Positions 60,783-64,000 of a stretch of 64,000 bases of DNA are shown piece after piece. The first letter of the stretch is position 1, and every line of letters begins with the position of its first letter. The notes under the pieces were generated by a model. It saw nothing but the letters and a program-made list of their open reading frames with translations, was not told the DNA's origin and ran no database searches. This stretch comes from Octopus sinensis (taxonomy: Eukaryota): contig NC_043011.1 in assembly GCF_006345805.1 (NCBI RefSeq), positions 7,440,001 to 7,504,000 of the forward strand, written 5' to 3'. Made by a program: the position numbers and the translations under genes.

Positions 60783-63700
60783 GTATGTGTGTATATATAT
60801 TTATTGTTTTAATTGTTTATTTGTTTGTTATTTGACTGCAGCCATGCTGGAGCACTGCCTTTAGTTGAGCAAATCGACCCTAGGACTTATTCTTTGTGAG
60901 TCTAGTACTTATTCTATCAGTGTCTGCTGAACCGGTAAGTTACGGGGATGTAAACACACCGGCACCGGTTGTCAAGCGATGTTGCAGGGACAGACAACCA
61001 AACATATATATATATATACGATGGGCTTCTTTCAGTTTCCGTCTACTAAATCCACTCACAAGGCTTTGATCGGCCTGAGGCTATAGTAGAGGATACTTGC
61101 CCAGGGTGTCACGCAGTGGGACTGAACCTGGAACCATGTGGTTGGTAAGCAAGCTACTTACCACACAGCCACTCCTGCACCTATATGTGTATATATATGT
61201 ATACATATATATACACATATATGTAGATATATATACTCGCATACATACACACACACATACATACATGTATGTATTTATGTATAAGTATGTGGCTATAATA
61301 TCTATATAGCTATCTACACATGCACACAGGTGCAAAAAATCAGTCCAAAGCCATTACCATGTGTGTGATCTTCAAATAGTAAACTTATTTAAATGAAATA
61401 CAGGTGCATCTGTCATCATCGTTTAGCGTCTGTTTTCCATGCTGGCATGGGTTGGACAGATTGACTGGTGTCTGGGAAGCCAGGCGGCTGCACCAGGCCC
61501 CAATCTGATCTGGCAGTGTTTCTACAGCTGGATGCCCTTCCTAAAGCCAACCACTCTGAGAGTGTGGTGGGTGCTTTTTACATGCCTCCAGCACAGGGGC
61601 CAGGGAGGGCTGACATCGACCACGATCGAATGGTGCTTTTTATGTGCCACTGGCACAGAAGCCAGTCAAAGCGGCACCGGCATCAACCACAATCAGATGG
61701 TACTTTTTTATGTGCCACCGGCATGGAAGCCAGTCAAAGCGCCATTGGGATCGGCCACATTCGGATGGTGCTTTTTACATGCTAACAGCATGGGGGTCGC
61801 AACTAGAATTTCCATTGATATTGATGTTGATGTACCTGACTCAATAGGTCACCTCAAGCATGGCATGTCACCCTACGATCCAAGGTACTTTTAAGTGGGC
61901 AGGTTATGCAACACTAGTATAGGTTACAGCTGTGAACTCATTTTATTTGTTAGTATAAATGATGCAATTTTATTAGTATTGTACTGTGCCAGGTGTGTTC
62001 AAGGTAGCAGTTAACCAGTCTGGCGGCTATGGAAACTTCAAGTTTCTGCTCATGAATTATTGAGGATCACAAGAAGCTCTGCACCGTCAGTGTCCAGTTA
62101 GTTGGTATTGTACATCTAAGGCGGTGAGCTGGCAGAATCGTTAGCACCTCGGGCAAAATGCTTACCAGTATTTTGTCTGCCACTAAGTTCTGAGTTCAAA
62201 TTCCACCGAGGTCGACTTTGCCTTTCATCCTTTTGGGGTCGATTAAATAAGTACCAGTTACGCACTGGGGTCGATATAATCGACTTAATCCGTTTGTCTG
62301 TCCTTGTTTATCCCCTCTCTGTTTAGCCCCTTCTGGGTAGTAAAGAAATAGGTATTGTACACCTATGTATGTGTGTGTATATATATTTATTGTTTTAATT
62401 GTTTATTTGTTTGTTATTTGACTGCAGCCATGCTGGAGCACTGCCTTTAGTTGAGCAAATCGACCCTAGGACTTATTCTTTGTGAGTCTAGTACTTATTC
62501 TATCAGTGTCTGCTGAACCGGTAAGTTACGGGGATGTAAAACACAACCGGCACCGGTTGTCAAGCGATGTTGCAGGGACAGACAACCAACATATATATAT
62601 ATATACGATGGGCTTCTTTCAGTTTCCGTCTACTAAATCCACTCACAAGGCTTTGATCGGCCTGAGGCTATAGTAGAGGATACTTGCCCAGGATGTCACG
62701 CAGTGGGACTGAACCTGGAACCATGTGGTTGGTAAGCAAGCTACTTACCACACAGCCACTCCTGCACCTATATGTGTATATATATGTATACATATATATA
62801 CACATATATGTAGATATATATACTCGCATACATACACACACACATACATACATGTATGTATTTATGTATAAGTATGTGGCTATAATATCTATATAGCTAT
62901 CTACACATGCACACAGGTGCAAAAAATCAGTCCAAAGCCATTACATGTGTGTGATCTTCAAATAGTAAACTTATTTAAATGAAATACAGGTGCATCTGTC
63001 ATCATCGTTTAGCGTCTGTTTTCCATGCTGGCATGGGTTGGACAGATTGACTGGTGTCTGGGAAGCCAGGCGGCTGCACCAGGCCCCAATCTGATCTGGC
63101 AGTGTTTCTACAGCTGGATGCCCTTCCTAAAGCCAACCACTCTGAGAGTGTGGTGGGTGCTTTTTACATGCCTCCAGCACAGGGGCCAGGGAGGGCTGAC
63201 ATCGACCACGATCGAATGGTGCTTTTTATGTGCCACTGGCACAGAAGCCAGTCAAAGCAGCACCGGCATCAACCACAATCAGATGGTGCTTTTTTATGTG
63301 CCACCGGCATGGAAGCCAGTCAAAGCGCCATTGGGATCGGCCACATTCGGATGGTGCTTTTTACATGCTAACAGCATGGGGTCGCAACTAGAATTTCCAT
63401 TGATATTGATGTTGATGTACCTGACTCAATAGGTCACCTCAAGCATGGCATGTCACCCTACGATCCAAGGTACTTTTAAGTGGGCAGGTTATGCAACACT
63501 AGTATAGGTTACAGCTGTGAACTCATTTTATTTGTTAGTATAAATGATGCAATTTTATTAGTATGTACTGTGCCAGGTGTGTTCAAGGTAGCAGTTACCA
63601 GTCTGGCGGCTATGGAAACTTCAAGTTTCTGCTCATGAATTATTGAGGATCACAAGAAGCTCTGCACCGTCAGTGTCCAGTTAGTTGGTATTGTACATCT

Positions 63701-63966
63701 AAGGCGGTGAGCTGGCAGAATCGTTAGCACCTCGGGCAAAATGCTTACCAGTATTTTGTCTGCCACTAAGTTCTGAGTTCAAATTCCACCGAGGTCGACT
63801 TTGCCTTTCATCCTTTTGGGGTCGATTAAATAAGTACCAGTTACGCACTGGGGTCGATATAATCGACTTAATCCGTTTGTCTGTCCTTGTTTATCCCCTC
63901 TCTGTTTAGCCCCTTCTGGGTAGTAAAGAAATAGGTATTGTACACCTATGTATGTGTGTGTATATA
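60783..63966 (+). repeat. Tandem duplication, two copies of about 1586 bp (SINE A, family C and SINE B) in LAS1L intron 2
   Basis: Identical strings recur about 1586-1587 bp apart (61081 vs 62668). Differences are a few substitutions and short indels. Confidence 0.95.
62119..62350 (+). mobile_element. SINE family B with a 15-bp target duplication
   Basis: ggtattgtacatcta (62104-62118) and ggtattgtacaccta (62351-62365); repeated in the second duplicate. Confidence 0.88.
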
Positions 63967-64000
63967 CAAACACACCCATACACGAAGGGGTGGTAAAAAG

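Overview
Repeat-rich eukaryotic genomic DNA. The SINE families, RTE and Dong/R4 LINEs and very long TA/CA microsatellites fit a coleoid cephalopod, most likely Octopus (inferred, not searched). I reconstructed three spliced host genes by hand from splice sites and reading-frame phase. (1) The last coding exon of malonyl-CoA decarboxylase (MLYCD, + strand, 1259-1497). (2) An apparently complete SKA3-like kinetochore gene (- strand, 7 coding exons from 33789 to 4618, about 371 aa, every intron phase consistent), with a CDE/CHR-type promoter at about 37145-37183. (3) The first two coding exons of LAS1L (+ strand, from 58324). The rest is mostly SINEs, RTE/CR1/Dong-R4 LINE remnants, mariners, Helitrons, MITEs, micro- and minisatellites, a 100-N gap and a 1.59-kb tandem duplication. 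Almost all long ORFs in the supplied track are microsatellite or SINE artefacts. The most interesting signals are: a tRNA-headed SINE-like element carrying a Penelope-type minimal hammerhead ribozyme motif, seen twice in head-to-head arrangement; a second, near-canonical minimal hammerhead inside an inverted repeat; a SINE with a 75-bp flanking duplication; an RTE LINE with a PHD finger inside its RT region and a roughly six-fold tandem 3' UTR; and a near-perfect 300-bp hairpin. I found no prokaryote-type system (CRISPR, operon). All family assignments rest on recalled motifs, not database searches.
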